Origin: Octopus bimaculoides
Taxonomy: Eukaryota
Reading direction: 5' to 3'
DNA length: 46,319 nucleotides
Assembly (NCBI RefSeq): GCF_001194135.2
Contig: NC_068986.1
Coordinates: 35,912,429 to 35,958,747 of the forward strand
The translations under genes were made by a program, and so were the position numbers. Of the stretch, positions 1 to 12,268 are shown piece after piece. Under the pieces are notes generated by a model, which was given only the letters and a program-made list of their open reading frames with translations, searched no databases and had not been told where the DNA came from. The first letter of the stretch is position 1, and every line of letters begins with the position of its first letter.

Positions 1-54
<54 letters not shown>

Positions 55-78
55 TGCACACACACACACACACACACA
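1..78. repeat. (CA)n microsatellite
   Basis: Seen directly. Confidence 0.98.
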
Positions 79-129
79 ACTGTATATGTAAATACGAGAG
101 TGTGCATTCTCTGCGTACGTGTGTAGATT

Positions 130-161
<32 letters not shown>

Positions 162-337
162 AATATATATGTATATAAATCTATTTATCTATCTATCTAT
201 CTATCTAATTCTTGGGAGAGAATACATTTGTGGCTGAAGATAGCTTTATACTGTCAATTATTCGCTGATGTAACAACTATAACGCTTGAAACACGTGTAC
301 CGCAGAATCCTTTGTGTTTTGTTTTTATTTTTGTATC

Positions 338-449
338 TATCTCTCTCTCTCTCTCTCTCTCCCTCTCTGTCTCTCTCCCTCTCTCTCTCTCTCCCTCTCT
401 CTCTCTCTATATATATATATACACATACATACATACAGAGAGAGAGTGA
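338..449. repeat. Compound (CT)n-(AT)n-(AG)n microsatellite
   Basis: Seen directly. Confidence 0.95.
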
Positions 450-3400
450 AAGAAATTTGTATTCTTATATACATGCAAATGTACCTATTCATGCATGTAT
501 ATGTATACACACTCATTCATGTACTTATATATGCACACACATATGTATGTATATATTTGTAGGGAATTGTGTGTGTGTATGTGTACATATAAATGCATAT
601 ATTTTTTTCATAAATATTTGTACTCGTATATCTATATATACACATATGTATATAGCTAGACTAAACTTAAGATAACAGAGTTGGAAACACATTATACATA
701 CAGAAACAAACACACTTACATAGATATGTGTGTGTTTACATACTTTTTTTTTGCTGATCTGTTATCTTGAGTCTTGCGTACATATAGTACAATAATACAA
801 GTCATTTATCACCATACCAACATTAGTCTCCAACGAAATCTCATGATACTTCCACTTCATTTTAGAAAACATCCTACGCTCTATTTAGTCCATTTCAGCG
901 AAAAAGAATTGTCTCATACACGAATACGAATACACACTCTTATATGTGCGTACGAAAATGCACATACACAATTAGGCACCTGCACATCCACACACAAATC
1001 TATTTGCCTTTGTTCATTATTATTTCTATCATGCACCTCTCATATCCTTAGGGACAGCGTCAACAGTGTAAGATCAATAGCATCAACAGCAGCTGAAAAG
1101 GATTGCAACCATAACGGCAAGATCGAAATATATAACTTTCTTGAAGCCATAATTTTGATTAGTTGTTATTTCTATGGCTTTAACTAGTGTTTACAGAATT
1201 TTGAGATTTGTAGCAAATAGCCTAAGCTAATGGCGGCAGAATTTTAGCAGGAGTTTTTATATCGTGCTAATACTATACACCCAACGAAGAAACCTGTTGA
1301 GCTTCAGATCGGCTCTGATTAAACATAACTCTTCTATTATTTAGGGCATTTTAGTCGTAACCACCCTTTCTTTCCTTGTATATATGGAATACATTATCCA
1401 GTGACACCTTACATGTTCAAAAGGATAGGGTGCGGTCAGAAGAAGAGGAAGTAGTTACTATTTATAGAAGTTCAATCACTCGCGTATAGCTTCGTGATAA
1501 TGACAGGAAATCAATTTTGATTAAAGCTGACCACTGTGTTCCCCGTAATGGGTGTACTCTGAATTGATAAAACATTTTTAGGCATACTAATTAATTCCCT
1601 TTATCATATTCTGTATGTTCTTTTTGTGAACGTTATCCCTGGAAACATTTCCCAAGTCATTATATGTTTAGTGATTTATGCATTACTGCAAGAACCTGGA
1701 ATGAATGTAAAATTTTTCCCATTACAATTACCATGTTTGGTGGTTCGTGTTTTTGACACTTATTGAATAACATATGAGGGTCTACTCAATGCCGTATTCC
1801 ACTGCATATGCATTATCTTCTATTACTATCATAGTATCTAAGACTACATTATCGAACTCGCTCTTTTCGTTTTCAAGACGGTAAGATTTGATTTGATAGA
1901 AGCATGGCTGTTATTTCTAGCAGCACCAATGTCTCCATATATGTTCTCACGTTTGAGTGTAGCTGTTATGAATAGTAGTGTGCTTAGATCATTACCCATC
2001 ATAACAAAGTTATATTGTTAAATATTTCTGATGAGGTTCTAAAACCTAAAATGTGTTTACACCGATGAATTCTACTAATTAGCGATTTCCATACGGAGTT
2101 TGATAAATTTGCTACGTACAGGATAACCCGTTTGAAGTGACAGATATATTAAGGCACCTCATGAAGAAATCAAAATATTAGAATATTCTTAATTATACCA
2201 TTATGTATCGTGATAACGATTTCACTAAAATGAAATGATTCCCAAGAGAAACAATACGATCTGCGCATTCAACTTAAATGGAAGTTCATAGATATTTTAC
2301 AACTTTCAAAGTAATAAACGAACAAATAAAGCAAAATATTATAATCGCCCATTCTATTGTGCCGTTGCAAATAAAATATCCTGAACTGAATTATTAGCAA
2401 ACAATACAAAACACAATCAGCTTTAGAATTGAATATGCATGAACTGCACCAGGGTGTCATTAATACAGTACTCGCAATTATTGGCTCTTGTACACATCTT
2501 AAATAGATTGTAATCAATTTTGAGTTTGGATCTTGTTACTGTTTATTCATTTGTTTCTTTTTTTTTACTTATTACCATCGATAATACAGGTATACTGTTA
2601 TATACGTACCATTCTATTGGTTTACTGATATGTACTGTTGTCCGCATACTGTGAACAGTGTAGATTTCAATTTTCCTAATGGTTTAGTGGGTTGTTTAGA
2701 ACAACTAAATACCCACCAGTTTGATTTCTAAATTGTACCTACCTATAATTTTGGTTACTGATTAGTCAGAGATGAACGAGAAGTCTCTTTGGCACCTTAT
2801 TTTTCAGGGTTTCTGATACTTAAAGTAAAATACTAAGTGTGATACCTAATGTTCAAGTAGTGGTGTTAAACCGAGCCACTGATTAAGTCTAAAAGCCAAG
2901 AAATCAGAGCGCAAACGGCTGGAAAAGATACTCCAAAGCATTTTTTCCGACATTGCGTATTCGACTATTCCAAAAATATAGTAAATATTTGAGGAAATAC
3001 TAAGAAAAAAAAAGAAAAAGAAAACAGAAACAATCACCTAGACATAACTTTCCTGTTTTTTTCTTTTCTTTTGTAGAATCAACAAATTTTTAACATGGAG
3101 TGCTGGCTTCTTCAGTACCAATCGGCAAATATTCCCGCGATATGCACGAGTCGTGTTCGGAAGGAGATAGGTCCCTTGTCACCTTAAATTCATGAAAATT
3201 GAAGGTGAGTTGTCGCTTATTTTATAGCTGCGGGTCAAATCGGGAAATTACACATATTTAGACTAATCTGAGCATAGCAAAGCTTTTGATATTTTTACTA
3301 AAGCGAAACTTTTCAGGTTGTTCTTAGCCTGAAACTTAAAATTTCTTATTTCCTCTTGGGTGAGGTAGTCATATCAAAATATTTCTATATTGTAATTCTC

Positions 3401-4956
3401 AGTGACATCGTCTCACTACTCTTTGTTTAGCTGCCAAGCCTAATAAAAACAACGATTATTGAATTTTACAACATTCATTTATCAAAATATCTTCAAAAGG
3501 TATTTCTGTTGTATTATATGTTTTCATTAAAGTTTTATCAACATTTGTTACAGCATCCATCCATTATGGGTTTGTAGTGTTAATATACTGAGACAGAAAA
3601 TTAAATAATACATTGAAAATATTCATGTCTGTCTTTATCATATGGTAGGATTGTTGAAATGTAACATCAATAATATGTATCTATTCTCATAAGAAGAAAG
3701 TAGATAATGCATATTATTCTGCTGTGGGAACAGCACTGGGCGTTTCGGTTTTATATGTGTTAGAGTTACAAGAAAATCGATTTATTTAACTTTACAGATA
3801 TGAACATACGATGACAAGCCTGATGTGTGCAATTGTTGATGGAAGCAAACAGGAAAGCTGTTACATCAATCCCAGTATCGAGGGAGTTAGAGATATAAGT
3901 GAAATAATTGAAAGGAAATCATTCCAGAGTTTATTCCATCACGAGCAGCACACTGTACATCGAAATTTTTACTCTCATTTTACAGAATATACAGAGAAAG
4001 GAAGCATAATAAATCTATGTTCTATATTATATGACAGTGTATTGTGTGTAACTTAATATAAAATAATATATGTGTGGCTTATTTGACCGGCTTTTAAATT
4101 TAATTTAACTACTCTTTAATATTTAAACATGCTATTTTTTTCATGAAGAGAACTTTTGAGATTTTTTTTTCTGTTTTAATTAAAAACGTTTTATTTCCAT
4201 CAAGTTGAAGACTTTTTTTTTTTTCTTCAAAAGCGAATTATAAACACACTTAATGATATAACCACTCACTTGAGGTATACATTCTTAATGTGATAGTGAT
4301 TCCAGTACGGAAATAATCTCGCATTGACATGTCAAAGATGTAGTCTTTTGAAAATCTTTAATCTTTATCAGTTTCTGTACAGATCATTTAAACAGCTAGC
4401 TTACACACGTACAGAACACACACAATTTATCATAGAGAAATTCCAACCATTTCTTAACACACACACCCCTCAGTGACCTTATTTCTCTATGAACAGACAC
4501 AAACTTCCTGTTGGGAAAAAAAGAGTTCATAACTCTAACTAAAATCACTTGTCTCCCCTTACACACAGTTCCTGTTTTGACACCACATTTCCTGCTTAAC
4601 ACAAACTTTTAACCCTTTTTTTAAACCTAACAAAACTCTCAATTCTCATGCATCCTTATTTTTCCTACCAATTTATACATGAACTACTATTGAACTACAA
4701 AAGCTCAAAGACAATATAATGTATGGGTATATTTATTTTTTTATATATTATTGTTTTATATATTATTTTCTTCATTTTGTACTTCTTTGTAAAAAAACAT
4801 TTTCATTCTCCTTCTTCTTGATAATTTGCTTCTTCGCAATGAAAACCGGTTAGAAAAAATCTTTATTAAATTATGCTTCCAGTTCAGCATTCTGGCTTTT
4901 TTTCATTTTCCTATTATTTCTCCACGTGCGGTTAACACAACCCCACTATTTACTGA

Positions 4957-4993
<37 letters not shown>

Positions 4994-6699
4994 ACTCTTA
5001 TTGTTACAAAAATAAATATGTATCAGTTACTTAAGTTTATGCGAGATGGTTATGCTATACCCATATAAACGTATATTCATGTATGTGTATATATGCATAT
5101 ATGCGCATAACCTATTAACCTCTTATCCCTTATAAATTGTTATTTTTCTTGTTCGTAAACAGATACTTTTCAGTTACTCAACTCTATGCGGGATGGTTAT
5201 ACTATATCCATATAAACGTATAAATATCCATATAAACGTATAAATATTTGTGCACATATATAAATATGTGTATGTATCTGTACACATTTTAATTTTTTTT
5301 CTGATTCATGGCTTAAAATTAATATATAGATAGCTTGTTTATTCTTCGATTTATTCCATAAGTAAATGCCGTGAGTAGGCTTTATAGAAGCCACCTAATA
5401 AATAATTAATTAAGTACATGAATGAATATTCAACTGATTCTATGCAATCTTCCTTTTTAATGTTTTTAATTGATATATACACACGTTTTACCTATTTTGG
5501 TTAGGATATAATTTTTGAAAAGTCTAAATTTCATTTTTATACAGCATAACAATATTGCTTATAAACAATCACTTATAGAGCCCCAAGATAAAATTTCCTC
5601 TGTATTAAAATCCTCTGTTTCTTAGCGTCTTGCTCCTTTAACTGGTAATTAACATCGGGATTTAAAGTCTTCCCTATACCCAGCTTCTTTTATAGATAGT
5701 TATTTTACATCCAATTGACAACTCCTAATGTCTTCTTTCCTCTCCGAGGAAAAGGGATATATATGACAATATTTATGACCATACCTAACCAGTTATGGTG
5801 CTATTATATGTCCACACACAGAGGACCTACAATTATAATAGTTGAAGTGACTTATTAGCCAATTAGTTATATGTAATTGCGCGATTATAATTTTCCTTTG
5901 CAAAATTGATACCTCTTTAGAATGCATATGGTCGAGGGGAGGTAGATATTAAAGAGTTAGTAGAGTAATTACTTGTTCAACTACTTTTTACTATTTTAAG
6001 AACAGGTCTATGCTGACAAAGAAATTCTAGTTGTGACTAAACCATTTATTTTACAAGGCACCGTGGACAACAATATCCAGTGTGCCCTTCCACTTTGTAA
6101 AATGATGGAATGTGGTTTGAAGGAAATTTGGAGGCTTTTGTTCAAATTTCGAAAGACTACGTTCAAAATCCTTCGTTCTCTCAGTGTAATTGGTTGTTAT
6201 GGCTACAGAAACAACACTTAATTGAATTCTTTATGAATATGGAAACATGATTCATAACACTGCATCGTGAGGTTTTCTCCTCAAAATAAGATCCATATCA
6301 TTAGCATCTTAAGTGCCGGATGTTGTTTCATTAAAAAATAATTTCGTAATTACTGGCACATGTAGGTAATTCAATTTAGAGTTTTAATTAATTTGTTTTA
6401 AAGGTTTATACATGTCAAGTTACTTTAAGCGGTGTGCTTAAGATACAGAACTCGTCAAATCGGCTATTAACGTGCTGTTATTGTACTGGTTAACATATCC
6501 TGAGAATTAAAAAAATAAATTGTAGCCTTGAAAATAACCATAACGAACAAACATGTTAAAGCTATTGAATATTTTACATGTTTTTCGCTTTATAACTCTT
6601 GCTGTTTCATTTTATCTATATATCTAAAATACTGTTGGTGGCCTTAAAAAATACAAACAAAAACACTATAACGATAATCTGTCAAGATAACACTGGCAC

Positions 6700-6875
6700 A
6701 AAATACTGCAAACAGCCTGCTCAGAACAGTCTCCTACATGACACCGTCTACAGTAAAAAGTCAAAGTCTTCAATAAGAGTCATACGTTCAGTCATACTTG
6801 ATGGACAAACAGTTCTTATAAAAGATAAAGAAATGCTTAAAAGACTTAATCATTGCATCGAATATGTTTTAAAAT
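6700..6875 (+). mobile_element. RTE-clade LINE ORF fragment
   Basis: ORF 6599-6934 contains TVYSKKSKSSIRVIRSVILDGQTVLIKDKEMLKRLNHCIEYVL, resembling the RTE linker (AVYGP...PLLSADGSTLLTDKEAILKRWAEHF..VLN) as recalled. Confidence 0.55.
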
Positions 6876-8567
6876 TATGGAATGATATCATTCGAGTTCG
6901 TGTAATATATTTCTATTTCAGGATCCTGTTATAAAAAAAAATATATTTTTCTTTCTTGAGTTTAAATTACTGTAGGAGGTAATCTAATTAGTATTTGTTG
7001 AAGGAGAAATTGTTGAAGTCTTTCAGCAATGTGTCCTAAACTTCAAACTAAATTTATTAGAAATATATAGGAAGATAAATCCACGAGCATATGTTCCAAA
7101 ATAGCTAAATTGGCGAGAAGGATGGAGACAATTATGTTGAGACATCCAGAAAAATGGATACAATGTTGAAATAACAGAGTAGAGACAGAGCATTACTGAT
7201 ACAGCAATATATCCTATACTTGTTGCCAGAATTTATAATCTCTCTTATGAACTCGATTTGGAAAAATGCCAAGATATATGCGAAATTAATATCACAGGCC
7301 TTAGGTCTCTAACAGCGTGAGATTAGCAGCTTTTCCGAGACCTCTAATAGGCGATCATTTCATCATTCGACATTCACCCCCACCACACACACACAGAGCA
7401 TAAAAAGACATACATTTATACGCACACATACAATCCTGAAAGCAACAATTTGGAATTCTATGAAGCTTCTTTTTCCCTGTATTCAGCGGCCCAACTACAA
7501 CAGCATGGAATTTATAATGGCTGTTGACCTAATTTAGTTTCAGACTAACAGAATTCAAATCTTATTTCGTAAATTAGTGACTCTCTATACAGGCATTTGG
7601 CAACAGTTCTAAATGTATAATAAACAAAACACATTTTAAATCTATTTTCGTACACGCTGTTATCCAGACGGCACATTTCAGGCATCTTTCTTAATTTACG
7701 AAAATTATTTTCCATCCAGCATTTACTCAGTGCACGTTTAAGAAGGAAAAAAAAGTGGTTGGAAAATTTGTGTTTGTTATATCGATTTTATGAATGATAG
7801 AACCATCGAAATATTTATGTTTAGACTTTCCATGTGTCAGTTAAACTATGCACTATATTGACATAATTGATATAAATACATCGATCTTATATCGATTCAA
7901 TACATAACTAAGAAGGGAGTGTCTGAGACAATAGCATAGATATATTTATTTAGAGGCACTTAATGTATCAAGATCGAACAGCGAATCAGCCCACAAGTCA
8001 ATGAGGAGGTCTTTATGCTTGCTGAGGAGTAGGAGCCAAAACTTCCTCAAATTTCATTCAACCTTCTTCAAATATGGGAAGACTTATTCACAAGGTTATC
8101 CTAATAAATATCTCAAACTTTGAGGGATTGTCTTTTCTGGACTGCTTTAGATCGTGAGTTTTCTCAAATTGAGGTCACATTTTGGTTGAAAGACAATAGC
8201 AAGAAAATAGACTTGGATAATATTTGAAATCTTGAGCGTAGGCAAACAATAAATTATTCTTATTTTAAACTAACTGAATTATAGAAGGAAATGGAGTGTC
8301 TATCCTCTTTGCGGATATTCTGCGTAATTGAGCGAAATTCATTAACGACACCTAAGAACTAGATGATAGCGTTAAATTGTACTGATCGACCAACCCCACA
8401 AAGACTTAAATAATGCAGGTTGATGGCCCAAATTGTTTTCACTTCCCAAAAGTAAAATGCAACTGGACACAATATAAAACTGAAAGAAACACAATTTCGC
8501 TTTTTCCATTCCAGAATTTCAAATTAAGTGCATATTATACATATTATACATATTATAAATTCTAATA

Positions 8568-8739
8568 GGCGTAGGAGTGGCTGTGTGGTAAGTAGCTTGC
8601 TTACCAACCACATGGCTCTGGGTTCAGACCCACTGTGTGGCACCATGGGCAAGTGTCTTCTACTATTGCCTCGAGCCCACCAAAGCCTTGTGAGTGGATT
8701 TCGTAGACGGAAACTGAAAGAAGCCCGTCGTATATATGC

Positions 8740-8785
<46 letters not shown>

Positions 8786-8917
8786 TTGTTTGTGTGTGTG
8801 TGTGTGTGTGTATGTTTGTGTGTCTGTGTTTGTCTCCCCAACATCACTTGACAACCATTGCTGGTGTGTTTACGTCCCCGTAACTTAACAGACCGATAAA
8901 ATAAGTACTAGTCTTTA
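8568..8917 (+). mobile_element. tRNA-derived CORE-type SINE (octopus OR-like family A), 3'-truncated, with internal (TA)n(TG)n
   Basis: Head GGCGTAGGAGTGGCTGTGTGGTAAG with A-box-like TGGCTGTGTGG and B-box-like GGGTTCAGACCC, CORE-like CATGGGCAAGTGTC, and high similarity to the copy at 20787. The family name is from recall. Confidence 0.85.
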
Positions 8918-8919
8918 CC

Positions 8920-8959
8920 GACCACTAGGGATCCACGGACCCCAGGTTAGGAACCCCTG
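8920..8959. mobile_element. Solitary hAT/MITE-like terminus
   Basis: gaccactagggatccacggaccccaggttaggaacccctg. The reverse complement CAGGGGTTCCTAACCTGGGGTCCGTGG resembles hAT-Charlie MITE ends. The partner end was not found. Confidence 0.45.
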
Positions 8960-10328
8960 CCATAGGGTTTCATGTGCCTCTATGCAGCATAAGTTATAAA
9001 TAATCCCCACCTCTGTATATAGATTTGCTATCCATGTAATTGACCACGAAATAAAGTAATCAAAATTTCTGTCCTCAAGATTCCAAATAAAATTTGCCAG
9101 CGATTAACTTGTTAATTTTCACCTATTATTGAAAGAATTTACGAGATTTCTCCAATCTATTTGAATTTTAATGTTGTACGACCAATATAGCAGTATCCTT
9201 TATCGGGTGTCTGGCGGAATCTTTGTATACTATATTTGTGCAGACGCATTATAGCAGTCCCTACAGTTACATCCGATATTAGTTTCACGAGATGGCGCTA
9301 CTATTTACGAGATAGCGCTATTAAGAACTATAATGAAAAGGGAAAACCAGGATAATACTGCTGATTCTGAATATAGCTACGATTCTAGTATAAAAAGCTT
9401 ATGCATACTAATGACTCATATCTAATTGGACAATATAGAAACAAGCACGGTAGGCCGTTATAAAATCGTGTTAACACTCACGTGTTCCCAGATTTGATAT
9501 CATAGTGCAAGACATTAGGCAAATATTTTCTGCTAAGCATTTTGCGTGAAACTGGGTAGATAGAAATTGCACAGCAGTGGTACAGTAATTCTTATTCGAT
9601 GATAGACATGGTATACCTCCCGGTTTAAGAAAATCACCTTATCAACTAAGGAGCATTTAGCGGTGTCCGGTTTGCTGAAACCCAATGAAATCAAGTTTCA
9701 GAGTTATGATTAACACAGATGTCTTCTACTTGCCCCAGACCTCTCTATGCCAAACGCCAGTCACCAACGAAAGCGTTGGTTGATTTTACCCTTTTCGTAT
9801 ACTATAATAGCTTAAATTGTCGAACGGCTAGAAATGCAGGAATACGGAATATTGCTTCTAATGTCTCTATTATTGATATTAATGACATGAGTAAAGGAAA
9901 ATATGTTAAAACTGGTATTGAGATGACAAAGACGAGAAAATTTGCCCCACTTTAGAAACATTTCGCTAGCCATCAGTGGACATAATATTGATTTCAATCA
10001 TAATCGATAGACTTCAATTGAAAATGAATAGTCAAAATACTATTAGATTTTATGAGAATTATAGGGGAATCTATTAATATTTTTGATATCATTCAGATAT
10101 TTAAAACACATCATAATATAGTAAACACTATTTACATACAGAAAAATGTATGCTTAAATGTACGCATACATAGCTATGACAAATATATCAAGCACTCGCC
10201 ATCGAATATTTCTTATTCATATAAGTGCTTCTTTGCAATGAAGAATCTTTATCTTACAAGACACTTCCCGCAAGGAAGCCACATCAAAAGTTCATACATA
10301 CATACATGTATGCACACACACACACACG

Positions 10329-10451
10329 TATATATATATATGTATGTATATATATATATATATATAGAGAGAGAGAAAGTGTGTATGCGATAGATAGAGA
10401 GAGAGAGAGAGAGAGAAAAGAGAGAGAGAGAGAGAAAAGAGAGAGAGAGAG
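10329..10451. repeat. (TA)n/(GA)n compound microsatellite
   Basis: Seen directly. Confidence 0.95.
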
Positions 10452-10660
10452 CATATATTCTCTTACAGTGATTTCTTTTGATTATGATTAGATCACCCAT
10501 GTTCACTGACATTACTGCAGGTTTCTTGAGTAGTAAAATTTTTAAATTTGCAATTGAATGATATGGTTTCGATTCCAGTGTGTTGTTCCTTATACATACA
10601 TATATACATACGTTTATGCATGCATACATACATACATGCATACATACACATATACACAGA

Positions 10661-10667
<7 letters not shown>

Positions 10668-10729
<62 letters not shown>

Positions 10730-11553
10730 NNNNNNNNNNNNNNNNNNNNNNNNNNNNNNNNNNNNNNNNNNNNNNNNNNNNNNNNNNNNNNNNNNNNNNN
10801 NNNNNNNNNNNNNNNNNNNNNNNNNNNNNNNNNNNNNNNNNNNNNNNNNNNNNNNNNNNNNNNNNNNNNNNNNNNNNNNNNNNNNNNNNNNNNNNNNNNN
10901 NNNNNNNNNNNNNNNNNNNNNNNNNNNNNNNNNNNNNNNNNNNNNNNNNNNNNNNNNNNNNNNNNNNNNNNNNNNNNNNNNNNNNNNNNNNNNNNNNNNN
11001 NNNNNNNNNNNNNNNNNNNNNNNNNNNNNNNNNNNNNNNNNNNNNNNNNNNNNNNNNNNNNNNNNNNNNNNNNNNNNNNNNNNNNNNNNNNNNNNNNNNN
11101 NNNNNNNNNNNNNNNNNNNNNNNNNNNNNNNNNNNNNNNNNNNNNNNNNNNNNNNNNNNNNNNNNNNNNNNNNNNNNNNNNNNNNNNNNNNNNNNNNNNN
11201 NNNNNNNNNNNNNNNNNNNNNNNNNNNNNNNNNNNNNNNNNNNNNNNNNNNNNNNNNNNNNNNNNNNNNNNNNNNNNNNNNNNNNNNNNNNNNNNNNNNN
11301 NNNNNNNNNNNNNNNNNNNNNNNNNNNNNNNNNNNNNNNNNNNNNNNNNNNNNNNNNNNNNNNNNNNNNNNNNNNNNNNNNNNNNNNNNNNNNNNNNNNN
11401 NNNNNNNNNNNNNNNNNNNNNNNNNNNNNNNNNNNNNNNNNNNNNNNNNNNNNNNNNNNNNNNNNNNNNNNNNNNNNNNNNNNNNNNNNNNNNNNNNNNN
11501 NNNNNNNNNNNNNNNNNNNNNNNNNNNNNNNNNNNNNNNNNNNNNNNNNNNNN

Positions 11554-11629
<76 letters not shown>

Positions 11630-11632
11630 GTG
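10668..11632. repeat. (TG)n arrays flanking an 824-N gap (10730-11553)
   Basis: Seen directly. Confidence 0.95.
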
Positions 11633-11823
11633 TTTGTCTGACGTGAGTTTATTTTTAATGAATTTCACTTTATCTTTTCCCTGCAGTGATTTGCATACTC
11701 ATATCATCATCATCAAATTCATAGGCATAAACACCCAGCTTAATTGCTATGACACCCGCCAATTATCGTTTGTCTAAATATTTCTAAACTGATTAATATG
11801 ATGTATGATATGATTACTCATTT

Positions 11824-11889
<66 letters not shown>

Positions 11890-11927
11890 CTCCACCAGTA
11901 GCGGTGGTGCTAGTAGTAGTAATAGTA

Positions 11928-11997
<70 letters not shown>

Positions 11998-12020
11998 CAG
12001 TGTTAGTAGTAGTAGAAGTA
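11824..12020. repeat. (TAC)22 followed by inverted (TAG)n
   Basis: Seen directly; the two arrays are reverse complements. Confidence 0.97.
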
Positions 12021-12024
12021 AACA

Positions 12025-12152
12025 GAAATTCCGCCGAGATCAACCTTGGCATTCAAGTTCGATGAAATAATGCACCGGTCAAACACTGATGCCGATGTTA
12101 TCGACTCTCCTGCCCATACCTCAAAATATTTGCTGGCCTTGTGCCAAAAGAT
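12025..12152 (+). mobile_element. Family B SINE 3' fragment
   Basis: aaattccgccgagatcaaccttggc...gccgatgttatcgac...tttgctggccttgtgccaaaa shares its end with the 27550 copy. Confidence 0.6.
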
Positions 12153-12198
12153 AGAAAGATTAATGATAACAACAACCACAACAATTCTTCTTCTTCTG

Positions 12199-12199
<1 letters not shown>

Positions 12200-12267
<68 letters not shown>

Positions 12268-12268
12268 T
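12200..12268. repeat. (ATT)n microsatellite
   Basis: Seen directly. Confidence 0.97.

Noticed and set aside
54-713. Overlapping ORFs rich in YI, SL and HT repeats
   Set aside because: Translations of compound microsatellites; no protein-like composition.
11643-11686. Plus-strand GTGAGT...CTGCAG 44-nt mini-intron
   Set aside because: Very short, flanked by microsatellite and non-coding sequence, with no ORF restored.
10548-11777. Long ORFs of 200-400 aa in the track (also near 14.2, 19.3, 21, 35 and 41.5 kb)
   Set aside because: They are artefacts of translating N gaps and dinucleotide repeats (X runs, CVCV, HTHT).
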